Origin: Phoronis australis
Lineage: Eukaryota > Animalia > Phoronida
Assembly (NCBI GenBank): GCA_002633005.1
Contig: NMRA01000008.1
Location: forward strand, 898,642 to 962,641
DNA length: 64,000 nucleotides
Direction: 5' to 3'
Positions 53,122-64,000 of the stretch are shown here, piece after piece (the stretch's first letter is position 1; each line of letters opens with the position of its first letter). Position numbers and translations under genes: made by a program. The notes beneath the pieces are model-generated. The model saw only the letters and a program-made list of their open reading frames with translations, was not told the DNA's origin and made no database searches.

Positions 53122-53617
53122 GTTTTGACAAACTTTGTCTAAGTCGTTGAGATTGCAGTGGCCAATCAAAAAAGGTTATTAAGTACAATGAACATTGTAA
53201 TTTGCATTCAGGGCCTCAGGCCAGGGGGAGGCAATATGGACAATATGTGGACATGCTACCGAGTTGGGTGCCATTTTTCATTATTATATAGATTTGGATC
53301 GCCTTTTCATCATTTTGGTATCATGGGTTTGCCGTGTAGATAAATAAGTATAAGAATTTGGTAGATCATGGATTATTTTATGGCAGTACTAGTCCTTTTT
53401 TCAGATGAGGTGTAATAATGAGTCCTGTTTTAAGCCCTCTTTCAATAGGTGTAGAGGTGAGGCACAATTCTAACTCTGTACTTAAACATGGTGTCAAGTT
53501 TTCATTTTGGTAAATCTGGATTCTGGAAGCCTTAAATGAGTGTCCCGCTCAAGTATCTTTGTTCTTGAGCGTTTTTGACGCATCACTTATATGAGTTTAC
53601 TTTCTCAGGTGAAAGTT

Positions 53618-53797
53618 GACTTCAGTATTGTGTAAGTTGGAATTCAGAGGCCGGTAATGGTTCGTTGTAACGTGCCCGAATTTTGAGAACCAGTTTTCTC
53701 CACTGAATAACGGGCATCAAACTAGTTATCAAAATACGGGCACATTATAACAGACCATTTCCGGCCTCTGAATCCCAACTTACACAATACTGAAGTC
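53618..53797. mobile_element. Palindromic MITE just upstream of the CCT7 promoter
   Basis: gacttcagtattgtgtaagttgg(a)attcagaggccgg ... ccggcctctgaat(c)ccaacttacacaatactgaagtc; arms about 80 bp. Confidence 0.75.
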
Positions 53798-53929
53798 CGA
53801 CTATTGCCGAGAGGCCTTGATGAGGTCCTAGTTAATTCATGCACGTGTCACTTGTGTTGACTTGACGACCGTGGTCGGAGGTTATCTGTACTTAGCCGAA
53901 AGTCAAATAATTAAAATTGAATGAGTTGA

Positions 53930-54024
53930 CATATAAATGACGTGAAGAAAGTCAACGCTGTCAAACAAAAACCGGGTCAAAATATGCCGTCCAGGAAGTC
54001 GTGGGCAGCATTATTCAGCACAAC
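53930..54024 (+). promoter_or_regulatory. CCT7 proximal promoter
   Basis: CRE-like TGACGTGA (53938) and ETS-like CAGGAAGT (53992) just upstream of caacATG. Confidence 0.45.
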
Positions 54025-57000
54025 ATGGTGGTTTAAAAAATACTTATCTGCAACAACACAGGTGGTGCTGTTATGAGATATTTTGCCGATCATTTGGCGG
54101 TAAAAACTTCCGATATGACTTCAAAAGGTAAACAGAAACACTGATACCCTGCCCTTGCTTTTCCTGCTTTTTTGTGGAAAGTTGCTGTGTGAGAACTCCA
54201 TGTCATGAATATTTCGAAGTGTTGGTCTTGTCATTGCAATCGGAAGATTAAGACTACTTTATGTCTTACTTGATGTCATTTATGCTGTCTTTGATGACAA
54301 CAGACCCTGAAAAATGCCAGAAAGTGCTGCATGCATTGCTATATCATAGGTCTGTGGGACTCCTTCTTATGTTGAATTCAGTCCGTCAGTAATACTGTTC
54401 ATTTCATTTGCTTATAGCAACCACAGATAATATTGTTAAAAGAGGGCACCGACAGTAGTCAAGGTTCACCCCAACTGCTGAGTAACATTACGGCATGCCA
54501 AGCCATCACAGATGCAGTGAGGACTACACTAGGTCCTAGGGGGATGGACAAGCTGATGGTAGATTCCAACGGTGGGTACACGCGGATGTTTCCTGAAATG
54601 TGGATTATGTTCAAGTGTATGGTTAGTCAAGGAGTAGATTGTATTGGTGTTCTCTACAACTGAAGACCATATGTGGTGCTTAAGTGACAACATGCGCTGT
54701 AAGCGCTAAGTGGCTGACGTCCTCTGTAGTTCAACTGCACTTAAACGTCCGGTTTCCTAGTTCTTCCAACTACTGACCCGTGGCTGTGATAAGTTGAAGC
54801 AGGTAGTGGACATCACTGCTTAAATTGAACTGAAGAGGTGCTTCAAGAGTTCATGCAAACAGTAATTTAATCATTTGTAGTCCTGTGTCATATTCTGCTA
54901 AATCATAAACGATGATGCACTTACCGGTGCTGAAAAATTTGTTTTGTCGTCACGCAGCAGTCGAACTTTGCATTTATTCTGAAGACTTGTGCACGCATCT
55001 CAACTCTGGTCTTTGTTTTTATTTTTTGTACATTCTTTGTGTGACTGTTTGTAGGTAAAGCAACAATATCCAATGATGGGGCTACCATTATGAAGCTTCT
55101 CGACATAGTGCACCCTGCAGCCAAAACTTTAGTAGATATTGCCAAGTCACAAGATGCTGAGGTGAGTTCCCATTGAATGCCGTGTACTGTTCAGTTTGTC
55201 ATCGTTATTTTTAGTCCTAGCCATACTTTAAACGTAATACTACATAGAAACACTAAAATTATGGTTTTGTGGGAATTTATGCTGTGTTTCAAAGCAGAAA
55301 GTATTTCATTCAGCTACATTCCACAGACAGTCAGCAGTGTTGGCTATCATGTCATCACGGCGTTACATCTGTGGTAGATAGAACAAGACTGGTGGTGGAG
55401 ACTGAACGTGTCGTCTTGACACCGTTCTCTCGATGCCCCCCGTCAGCTCATTGTTTCCTGAGAGTTGGCCCAGTGAACTGCATTCCTCCTGGGCCTTAGT
55501 AAGTGAAACAAACATGTACTCTGACCTTGCCTCAGAATGCATTTCTTCGAGTTATAAGTTCATTCATAACCTGTCAGCTTGGAAAGTTGACATGGGACTC
55601 ACCCTGCATGCTTGACTAGTTTTGTAGTAAACATCTTACACTGGTTACCTGATGGTGCTTGTGAATGTGTTGTTAGCAATTTGGGTGACTGTGTATAGAG
55701 ACAGTCGGGGATAATCCGGAACTGCGCCTTTGCACCATTAGTGCATAGAAAAATAAATAGGCGCAAGTGCATTGCAGCAATGCCCCACCCCCCCTCCCCT
55801 TATTCCCTCACGGCTTATTTAAAAATGCAACACTTTTAAAAATGCAAGATTCTTGTCAAGTTACAGCCAGTCGGGTAACACATGACTCTGTTCTTTTTTC
55901 GATTGCCCTTGGGGGGTTTGTGCCATATGTTTCCACATTAATTACATTAAGTCTGCTGAACACAACGTTTTGAAAAAAGGCACACTTTTTATCATCAGGT
56001 GTGCCCAAAGGGCACAGGTTCAAACCTGGTCGGGAATATCCGTGGACTGTACATGGTCTGTCGTTCTATTGCAACTTTGTGGGGGCCTGTCTCGTAGCAC
56101 TGATCTCTCATGAACTTGTGAGTTTGTGTGCTGTTTGTCCAAACATTCAACTTCCTATCGTAGCCGTTTCATCGTTTTCAGTGTCTGCAGTTTTGCTAGT
56201 GCATACCGTATTGTATTGTTCCTAGCTAACTAGCATGACTAGCCAGATCTTGTGTTATATTAGCATGATCTGGCAACGTGTCAGTCTTGCCAAGCACAGC
56301 CCTGGTTCTGCCCTCAGTTATGCTTGTGGCTTTGCGCTTAACGCATTGTTAATTAATCTGCACTCGTCTGTTTAGTTCCTTTTTTTCCTGCTAGTCTGCA
56401 CGAGATGTTTTACTCTTCAGGTTGGCGACGGTACAACCAGTGTAGTACTCCTAGCCGGTGAGTTCCTGAAGCAGTGTAAGCCATTCATAGAAGAGGGCCT
56501 CCACCCTCAGGTCATAGTCCGGGCATTCCGCAAGGCGACCAACCTGGCGGTGGCCAAAATTAATGAAATAGCTGTGAAGATCTCTCACGACGATCCAAAG
56601 TAAGTGGGTGATTTTTGCACTAATTCTTTCTGATTTCACACAAAAGTCATGTGTTGTTTTTCTATTTTTTGAAGGTTGATTTCTGTTTTGCAAAAATTTG
56701 AATATCTGTCAAGTGTCTAATGAAATCCACACAATACAGACCTATGACAGACCAAAATTATCGTATTGTTTATTTTTGTCGCGAATTATTGATAGTATAA
56801 AGTTTTAATTGTTAGCCTACTGCAGAATTTAGTCTTAACTGGGTAAACATGCAACTAATGGAAGCTGGTAATCACTCCTCCGGAAATCTGACCTGTGTTC
56901 GTTAGGTGCAGACAGCTTGCTAAAATGTAAGGGCAAGGGGATGCAAGTCTTCCCCATGTATCGCCGTGCATTACAGGCGAAGTTTTTGATCATGCTGGAT

Positions 57001-60000
57001 TTTGTTGATCTGTTGAAAGTTCATTTAGTATGTCAGTTGCTAGTAATTTCGTTTTTTATGTGCCCACATAGAGGCAGTAAATACTTTCTTTGCATGGCAC
57101 TATATCTACCAACGTTCTTGCTGGATGTTCATGCAATTTGGCAAACAAGTTTCTATTGGAAGAGGCAACAGCACTTGCCTTGGTTCAGACAAATTTGATT
57201 GCTGCTGCACCCCCTGGAGGCCTTCTGTATTATGTTATATGTTACATGATACTGTTCAACACCCCCAGAAATGTACCAATGGTGGTGCTGCTGTGTTTCA
57301 ATGCTTTGCTTTGCTGTTGTATACATGTTTGTTAATCATATGCTAATTAATCCGTTCCCATTGTTTGGCAGTGAGCAACGTAGTCTGTTAGAGAAGTGTG
57401 CTGCCACTGCCCTCAGCTCCAAACTGGTCGCTCGTCAGAAGGACTTCTTTTCCAAGATGGTGGTAGATGCTGTCATGTTATTGGACGATCTCCTGCCACT
57501 CAATATGATTGGCATGAAGAAAGTGCAGGGCGGAGCGCTGGAGGTAATATGCTTAGATAGTCAGTTTTGTCTTTAGAGTACCAATAAATCCGTTTTCCAT
57601 CAAAAATGTGTCTTCAGATTTATACCACTTACTATTATATAACTGGTCTCATTGTTCTGTAGGCTAGTTGGCTGGGATTTTAGGGCTTTGAAAGAACTGA
57701 CTGTTACCATTTGCTTGAGACTACGCTCTTCAAGTTACCTTGCCACAGCATGTCACTCCATGCTCCCAACATGGTGATTACTGACCAGTCAGCTCTATGC
57801 TAACCCAGAAATCATTTCTCATCTGATTAAGGAACAAATTGAGACCCGTTTCTTAGTGGTCTAAGTCATAGTTCTCTTTCTGGAGGGAATGCAGGTTTGT
57901 AGCTTCAAATGTTATGATGGTAATACACCAGTAAAGCATCATTAGGGTGTTTTTTTCTTGATGTGGGAGTGTTGGCTTTATGTAGGTTACCTCCAGGGCA
58001 AGAACTGTAGCCTTGAGGCCATGATCAGTTACATAATCAAAGGAGGTGAAAGTATTATCCCAAGTTAATCCCAGCCTGTCTCTGTATTAGAGCTGAGCTG
58101 TTTCATGCCTTGGGTACAAGAAGATACCTGTTATAAATAAGAATGAAAATCGTGAGAAGCTTCGCACAAGAGCATCATTTTGTACTTAGTAAGTCCTGGC
58201 TTTACTCATGAATAGCTCATGTATTGTTCCTCGTAACTTTGCTCGATCCGCAATTTAGCTTATGTGTAACCCGGGAAAATGTCAAAATCTTGCTATATTC
58301 GGAATTTCGCATCTCAGAAGTGGCGGGTGGAATTCAAGTGCTATGATTTATGCACTCCTTGGCAAATTGCTCAGTTGTTAAGGTTACACCAGGGCTAGAT
58401 GGTTGGGACAAGGTCAACTTGTCAAATGTGACCTGGCCAGGCCACCAAATGGGAATTGAGCTTTAATTGACTAAACGAAGCCCGGTATGCGAAAGTCCTG
58501 GCCACCACAAATGCTTAGTTGACAGAACAGGTCACCTGAATGAAAAAAAACCTGGACAACTCGGAAAATGGCTGCGGAAACATTTGAACGGAAAGGTGGG
58601 AGTATGTCGTGTGTTTGGTGACTACTATTTTCCACTTTTTGGGCCCAATATGCTGCCCTGACTTGGCTCCTGTCCAAGAGTGAGGCAGACGATCGAGACG
58701 CGTTGTCTCCACATGCGCCGTAAAGGAGTCTTTAGTTTTTGCTGGACAAGTTCGACTCATGTCTGTTTATTTCATGTACCTCAATTGTGGTAACTTTGTG
58801 GCAACTTGGTTTTTTTCTAGGTCGCCAAATCAAGCCCTGTTACAGGCAACCTTTATTTAATTTGTTCTTTTTGATCTGAATCTCTTCATTATATTTGTTA
58901 CTTTACAGGATTCGTTACTCATTGCTGGAGTAGCTTTCAAGAAAACCTTTAGCTACGCTGGCTTCGAAATGCAGCCTAAAAGTTACGACAGCCCAAAAAT
59001 AGCGCTACTTAATATAGAGTTAGAATTGAAGTCAGAACGAGAAAATGCCGAAGTTCGTGTTGACAACGTTGAGGTAAGCAATCCACTATTTTATACAACG
59101 TACGTCGGTTGGTCAAAAGTTTGAGGACATTTTGTCGCCTTCCAGGCTGTCATAAAGCTTCAGATCATTGATTGGTAAAATAATTCTTGTGAGATGACAA
59201 CAGTCCTCAGTGCAGCTACATCAGCTGGACAATGTGATGTGTTGATGTTCGCGTTTTACCGTCACTATAAGGGTCTTAATTGCTGGATAGATGTCCCACT
59301 TCTCCTTGGTTCCCGAGTACTGAATGATGATATTGCGAAGGGTATTCTGAAGGAAATGTCGACCTTGATTTTTGTTATTTTGTTAATACATGGTGGTTTT
59401 TCTTTTTATGAACATAGCCTTTTTGATATATATAGAATGTGGGTGGTGTTCTCAAGTAGACCTAACATTTCAGTATTGTAATTTATAAATTTAATGTATT
59501 GTTATCACAATTTTTAAGTCCAAAACAGCATGAAATATTCAATTGGAAGCAAACAGAAGAATTGAAGAAGGCACAACAATAATACAAAATGAAGTATCAC
59601 TATAAGAATTATGCTAATGCTAAATAAATTATTATTTAATATTTAAAATGACAACCAGTTTCACAGGTGGTGGAAGGCTTTGTGAAAAAGAAATATTTTG
59701 ACGAGAGATTTAATAATAATCGGAGCTGATCTGATGTCGTGCAGTACGACATTCTACGAAACTGCTAAGGATGAACACACAATCTCTCGACTGGTTGTGA
59801 AACATGTCAGAAACTTCTTTGGTTTTTTGGGGTTCGCGATCCCTGAAATTTGAAAATGGCATCCAGGGAATTCCTTTAAAAAATAAACCAGTCTCATGAC
59901 ACAGCAATTTTGGGTGAGAACATTGTATGTCAGCATTTGGCTTCAGTTTGTGTGTTTAGAACTTGAAATATCTTTAAAGTGACTGCTAAACATAACAAAA

Positions 60001-63000
60001 TGCAGCTTTAAATCTTTGACGCAACATCCCAATTTAGCCTTTTGCTGCTCTTATTGAGTGCATTAAAAGATGACAGAATACCTCCAGGGCAAGAACTGTA
60101 GCCTTGAGGCCATGATCAGTTACATAATCAAAGGAGGTGAAAGTATTATCCCAAGTTAATCCCAGCCTGTCTCTGTATTAGAGCTGAGCTGTTTCATGCC
60201 TTGGGTACAAGACAATACACAGGAGTGACACCAGCAGCCAAAGCAAATTACATGATCCATTGTTTTGACTCTAAATTCACTTGATTGTGCTAACAGATAA
60301 AGCTCACAACATCTGAGGGCTGTTCCAGTAAAATCCGTGTGGGAGGGGGGGGACGGCAGTAGAAATAAAAATTCATGGGTGGTTGTCTTAAGAAAAAAAA
60401 CGCAAATTATGGGTGGTCGTTCCTGTAAAAAGTGATGCATTAAAAATGGGTGGTCTTTTATGACCAGTCAATGTTGATAGTTTGGTTACTCCAGCCCTCA
60501 AAACTAAAAACAAAATGCAATTGGCAAATATCCTAACTTATCTCAAAACAAAAAAGCCCATATTGCCAGTGAACAGAGTGCAATATGTTCACTAAGCCAT
60601 TAATCAAGTCATGGGCAACTTGATATGAGCCAATTGTTTGTCTGCAGTCCTATTGAATTGAAAAGTTATGCAACACTAAACTGGTGTTAACACATATAAG
60701 AAAATTGATGATTTTTAAAAAAAAGTATGAGGAGTAAGATAAACAAGTTCCAATATTCACTTGACATAGAAGTATAAAAGAGTTTGTGGAGACAGTTTGA
60801 GATTCATAGATCCTTATAATTGAAAAAATGTTCATTGAAATTATAGACACATGGTGAACAGAGACACCTGGTGGCTGCTGAAAGTATTGCTCACAGGCTA
60901 CTTTAGTTTTTGACAATATTGGACAAGACGACTAGTTCTTGTCTGTCAATCATCTAAGTTCTTAACAGGTCATCCTGGTGGCAGTTTGTTTGCAAGTGTT
61001 GGATTTTATATTTTAACCTATTAAAAATAATTAAAAAATTATGGGTCATGGGTTGGAGAAATAAATGAAAAATATGGGCGGTGGGTACGAAATAAAAGTG
61101 CCTTCCCCCCCCTCCCATACAGATTTTGCTGGAACAGCCCTGAGCAGATTGAGAGCAGGAAACATATCAGTAGCATGGGGTTGTATGTGGGTTAACTGGC
61201 CCCCACGACTACCTGACCGCATGCATTTCTACTGGTAGGACCATTCTCTCACCAATATCGTCACGTAAGTTTCGAGGTGCCCGTTTCGTTTCACAGACCC
61301 TTGCCAATTAACCTATAAACCTAGCAACCGCCAAGCTTTGTTTCATCTTGGTGACTGACTGCTGTTGCAGGAGTACCAGTCAATTGTTGATGCCGAGTGG
61401 CAGATTCTCTACGACAAGCTGGAGAAGATTCACCTGAGTGGAGCCAAAGTAGTCCTGTCCAAGCTCCCTATTGGGGATGTGGCCACACAGTACTTTGCTG
61501 ACAGGTAGGTGCCGAGTTGTGATGGGTGGTATGTCTGCTTCACAAGTCTGTGCATATTTTCAAAGTTCCTTTCAAGTTTATTGGAATACTGGCATGTGGG
61601 ATCTTTTGAACCTTGTTTGCATTTGCCACCGTCAGTCGCAATGACACTAGTGAAAGTTGGGTGGCAATTAACTAGTACGATTGTTGAGAGATTTTATGTG
61701 TGAAAGTCAAATCAAACTTATCAGCAGGGTTGGGTGAAAGAACTTCGTCTAGAGCTGTCTTGTCTTAACTTTGGGAAGAGTTGAATTCTTAACCAAAACA
61801 CTTTGGAGTTTAAAAACATTACCACGCTCACCCAACTTTGAATTGTTGCCAAATGAGTCCACAACTCTAATTCACTGCAATGGGTACATGTGTCATTTTC
61901 GAATTCGCTATTGAAGCTTGGTCAACCCCAATGAATTTTAAAGCGTTTTCTTTAGTTGTTGATGCTCTCAACGTTTTTGTTGGTAACGGAAATAGAATCT
62001 TGTCATGGTAAAGAATATTATGAGACCGGTTTTATAGGAGTAAAAGACCCAATTCGTTCTTCAGTTTTTAGCCAGCAAAATGAAACAAAATGTAGCTTTA
62101 AGTCCATCCGACTATCAACTTCTACTGTAACTGAATGGAAATGTTTGTCATACTATTCAAGTCAGTTGTTTTAACCATAACTTGACCCAGAAGTGCCCAC
62201 AGCTTTGAAGTAGCTGCTACTACAGATATGTCTCATCCATGTGTTGGCTGGTTTCAGGGACATGTTCTGTGCTGGCCGTGTGCCCGAAGAGGACCTGCGC
62301 CGTACCATGAAGGCGTGTGGCGGAGCCATACAGACGTCTGTCTCCAACCTCACACAAGATGTCCTCGGTACCTGTGAGCTGTTTGAGGAGAAGCAAGTTG
62401 GTGGTGAAAGGTAAGTGGTGAACAGACAGACAAACGCACTCGCATACACTCATGGTGTGATGTTTACAATTGTGTATGGTGGTGCCTGTGCCCTTGGTCA
62501 CCTAACGGCAAAGGTGCCTGTGCTTTGTGGGGGGAATTTTTTGGTTGAGGGTAAATTCATCCCTTCGTGCCACGCTTCCGTGGCAATGGTTCGAGATGCT
62601 AAGACCAACGTTTTGCACTCTTGATTCCAGTCTTGAGAGGAATTTTCTTATCATTGGAGGAGAATTTTTGAGTTTGGTGAGAGTAATTGTCTGCGTTTTC
62701 AAAATGTTTTGGTAAGGATATGGGCCGATATTAATTCCAAAATTGAAACGTTTAGGGCCATGAGAGTGGTGTGTCCCCTGGCTGTTAGCGCTGGCAATGG
62801 AAGGTGATGCAGTGATGTATTATTGTGGACGTAATCCTGATACTACGTGATAGCAATTTATTTCTGAGCATCATCACGAGACCAGCTCTTGATACAAAAT
62901 TTTTCAACGTTATTTTGTTGACCTCGTGTGTCTATTTTAAAACGGTGGTGAAAGATCCGCCTTGAATTATTCTTTTGTATTGTTCAATTATGTTACAGTT

Positions 63001-63405
63001 GGACAGGATCATTGTGAGAGTGATAAAACAAAACATAGGTATGCTAGTAACATTAAAAATAAGTCTATTCTGGAATATTAAGTGGTTTAAGACAAGCAGG
63101 CAAGCCCAATGTAGTGAAGTTGTTTGTGTGGTTGCAATTGAATTATTCAAACATAGAAAAAGGATGGATTGAACTGTTATAATGAATACTTTGATTGGTT
63201 GCTAGGTGCCAATAGTTGTGATTCATTCACATGTTCTTGCATCTTGTTACCAGATACAACTTCTTTCGTGGCTGTCCCCAGGCGAAGACGTGCACAATTA
63301 TCATGAGAGGCGGCGCTGAACAGTTTATCGAGGAGACGGAACGTTCGCTACACGATGCCATTATGATTGTTAGGCGCGCTATCAAGAACGACTCAGTTGT
63401 GGCTG
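54025..63405 (+). CDS. CCT7: T-complex protein 1 subunit eta (CCT7), exons 1-9; continues beyond the window
   Basis: Exons 54025-54027 (ATG only, inferred), 54418-54571, 55055-55161, 56421-56599, 57372-57543, 58909-59073, 61371-61504, 62258-62410 and 63254-63405. Peptides [72 protein letters not shown] and [24 protein letters not shown] are eta-type. Confidence 0.96.
55318..55517 (+). ncRNA. SNORA74: H/ACA snoRNA, U19/SNORA74 (yeast snR191-like) homologue in CCT7 intron 3
   Basis: About 200 nt. 5' hairpin CCACAGA/TCTGTGG with pocket AGTCA+GTTAC; H box ATAGAA; extra middle hairpin; 3' hairpin TTGTTTC/GAAACAA with pocket GAGAGT+TAGT; ACA at 55512-55514. The pockets pair with 28S helix 69 GUAACUAUGACUCUC at two nearby uridines. 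Confidence 0.8.
57988..58121 (+). ncRNA. H/ACA snoRNA copy 1 (3' pocket matches the 28S site of SNORA48/snR86), CCT7 intron 5
   Basis: Hairpin ACCTCC/GGAGGT, H box AAAGTA, hairpin CCCAAG/CTTGGG, then ACA plus 3 nt. Pocket GTTAATC + TTCATGC pairs with GCAUGAA-U-G-GAUUAAC, 14 nt from the ACA box. Confidence 0.85.
60079..60212 (+). ncRNA. H/ACA snoRNA copy 2, identical to 57988-58121, CCT7 intron 6
   Basis: 134/134 nt identical to copy 1 by eye; flanks unrelated. Confidence 0.85.
60317..61140. mobile_element. PIF/Harbinger-type MITE (824 bp) in CCT7 intron 6
   Basis: TGA|gggctgttccagtaaaatccgtgtgggaggggggg ... ccccccctcccatacagattttgctggaacagccc|TGA: 3-bp TNA TSD and GGG termini. Confidence 0.8.
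62804..62874 (+). ncRNA. C/D box snoRNA, SNORD82-like guide, CCT7 intron 8
   Basis: Terminal stem tgatgc/gcatca; C box GTGATGT; D' CTGA; C' GTGATAG; D CTGA. Guide GGACGTAATC is complementary to 18S GAUUACGUCC, and the D'+5 position falls on the A equivalent to human 18S Am1678. Confidence 0.75.
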
Positions 63406-64000
63406 GTAAGTTAGTCTGTCCTTGATCTGGCCAGCTCAAAATAGTCCACTCTGTTCTTTTGTCTTCGAAGGCAGATTTTTCATGGAGGTCTCGCTGGTGT
63501 CGAGGGCATTATAGTAAAAACCCTTGATACACTTACTTTGCTTAACGGTCACTGCCTTTCATGGATGTAGACTTTTACTGCAATGCTTATAGTCTGGCAG
63601 CAAACACAGGATTCATACGCTGTCTGTACTGAGTGTACTCTGTGTCCTGCGAGCATGTGTTTGAATGCCAACTTATGGATCTGTTAGTGATTACCCAAAT
63701 GGTCCGTTAGTATCATGAGGTCAGACACGCGAGTCCTTGTACACCAGTCCTCACAAATGTACCCACATGTTCTTGAGTCATTTCTTCGATTTCAGCTTGG
63801 GCTGAATGCTGTATGTGGAATTTGGTGTCAGAACCCATATTGCAAGAGAAAATGGATCATTTTTCAGGAGTGCTATGCTTTTGAAAGTATACTATTTCAG
63901 TTTGTACCATAGGTTACCTAGAGATGACACAAATATTTAGTAAATTACTGTGCTCTGTCACATGCAGTAATATGATAAATATTATGTTTTGAGGCCTGAT

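Noticed and set aside
52599-53169. Mirror-image ORFs of 111 and 182 aa
   Set aside because: Both arise from the palindrome; no protein-like features.
61154-61167. GCAGGAAACATAT resembling the 3' end of U17/SNORA73
   Set aside because: The conserved m1 (AUAUUCCUA) and m2 (AAACCAU) motifs are absent.

Overview
Intron-rich, AT-rich metazoan genomic DNA, probably from a marine invertebrate (GT-AG introns, TTAGGG repeats, two N gaps); it is not prokaryotic, so most short ORF-track entries are noise. Three spliced genes were assembled by hand: a secreted Cys-rich galaxin-like gene (minus strand, about 480-6763), a complete tandem-PH-domain TAPP/PLEKHA1-2 homologue (plus strand, 12436-27906, 303 aa) and the first nine exons of chaperonin CCT7 (plus strand, from 54025, running off the window). 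A 346-aa intronless orphan ORF lies at 32930-33970 (minus). CCT7 introns host a snoRNA cluster that the ORF track does not show: a U19/SNORA74-like H/ACA RNA, two identical 134-nt H/ACA snoRNAs with a pocket matching a conserved 28S pseudouridine, and a SNORD82-like C/D RNA. The intergenic DNA holds a near-perfect 688-bp foldback element with an 8-bp TSD, many MITEs, LINE and Academ-like relics, a degenerate interstitial TTAGGG tract and a decayed tandem duplication with coding-like conservation. All homology calls and rRNA numbering come from memory of these families; no searches were run.
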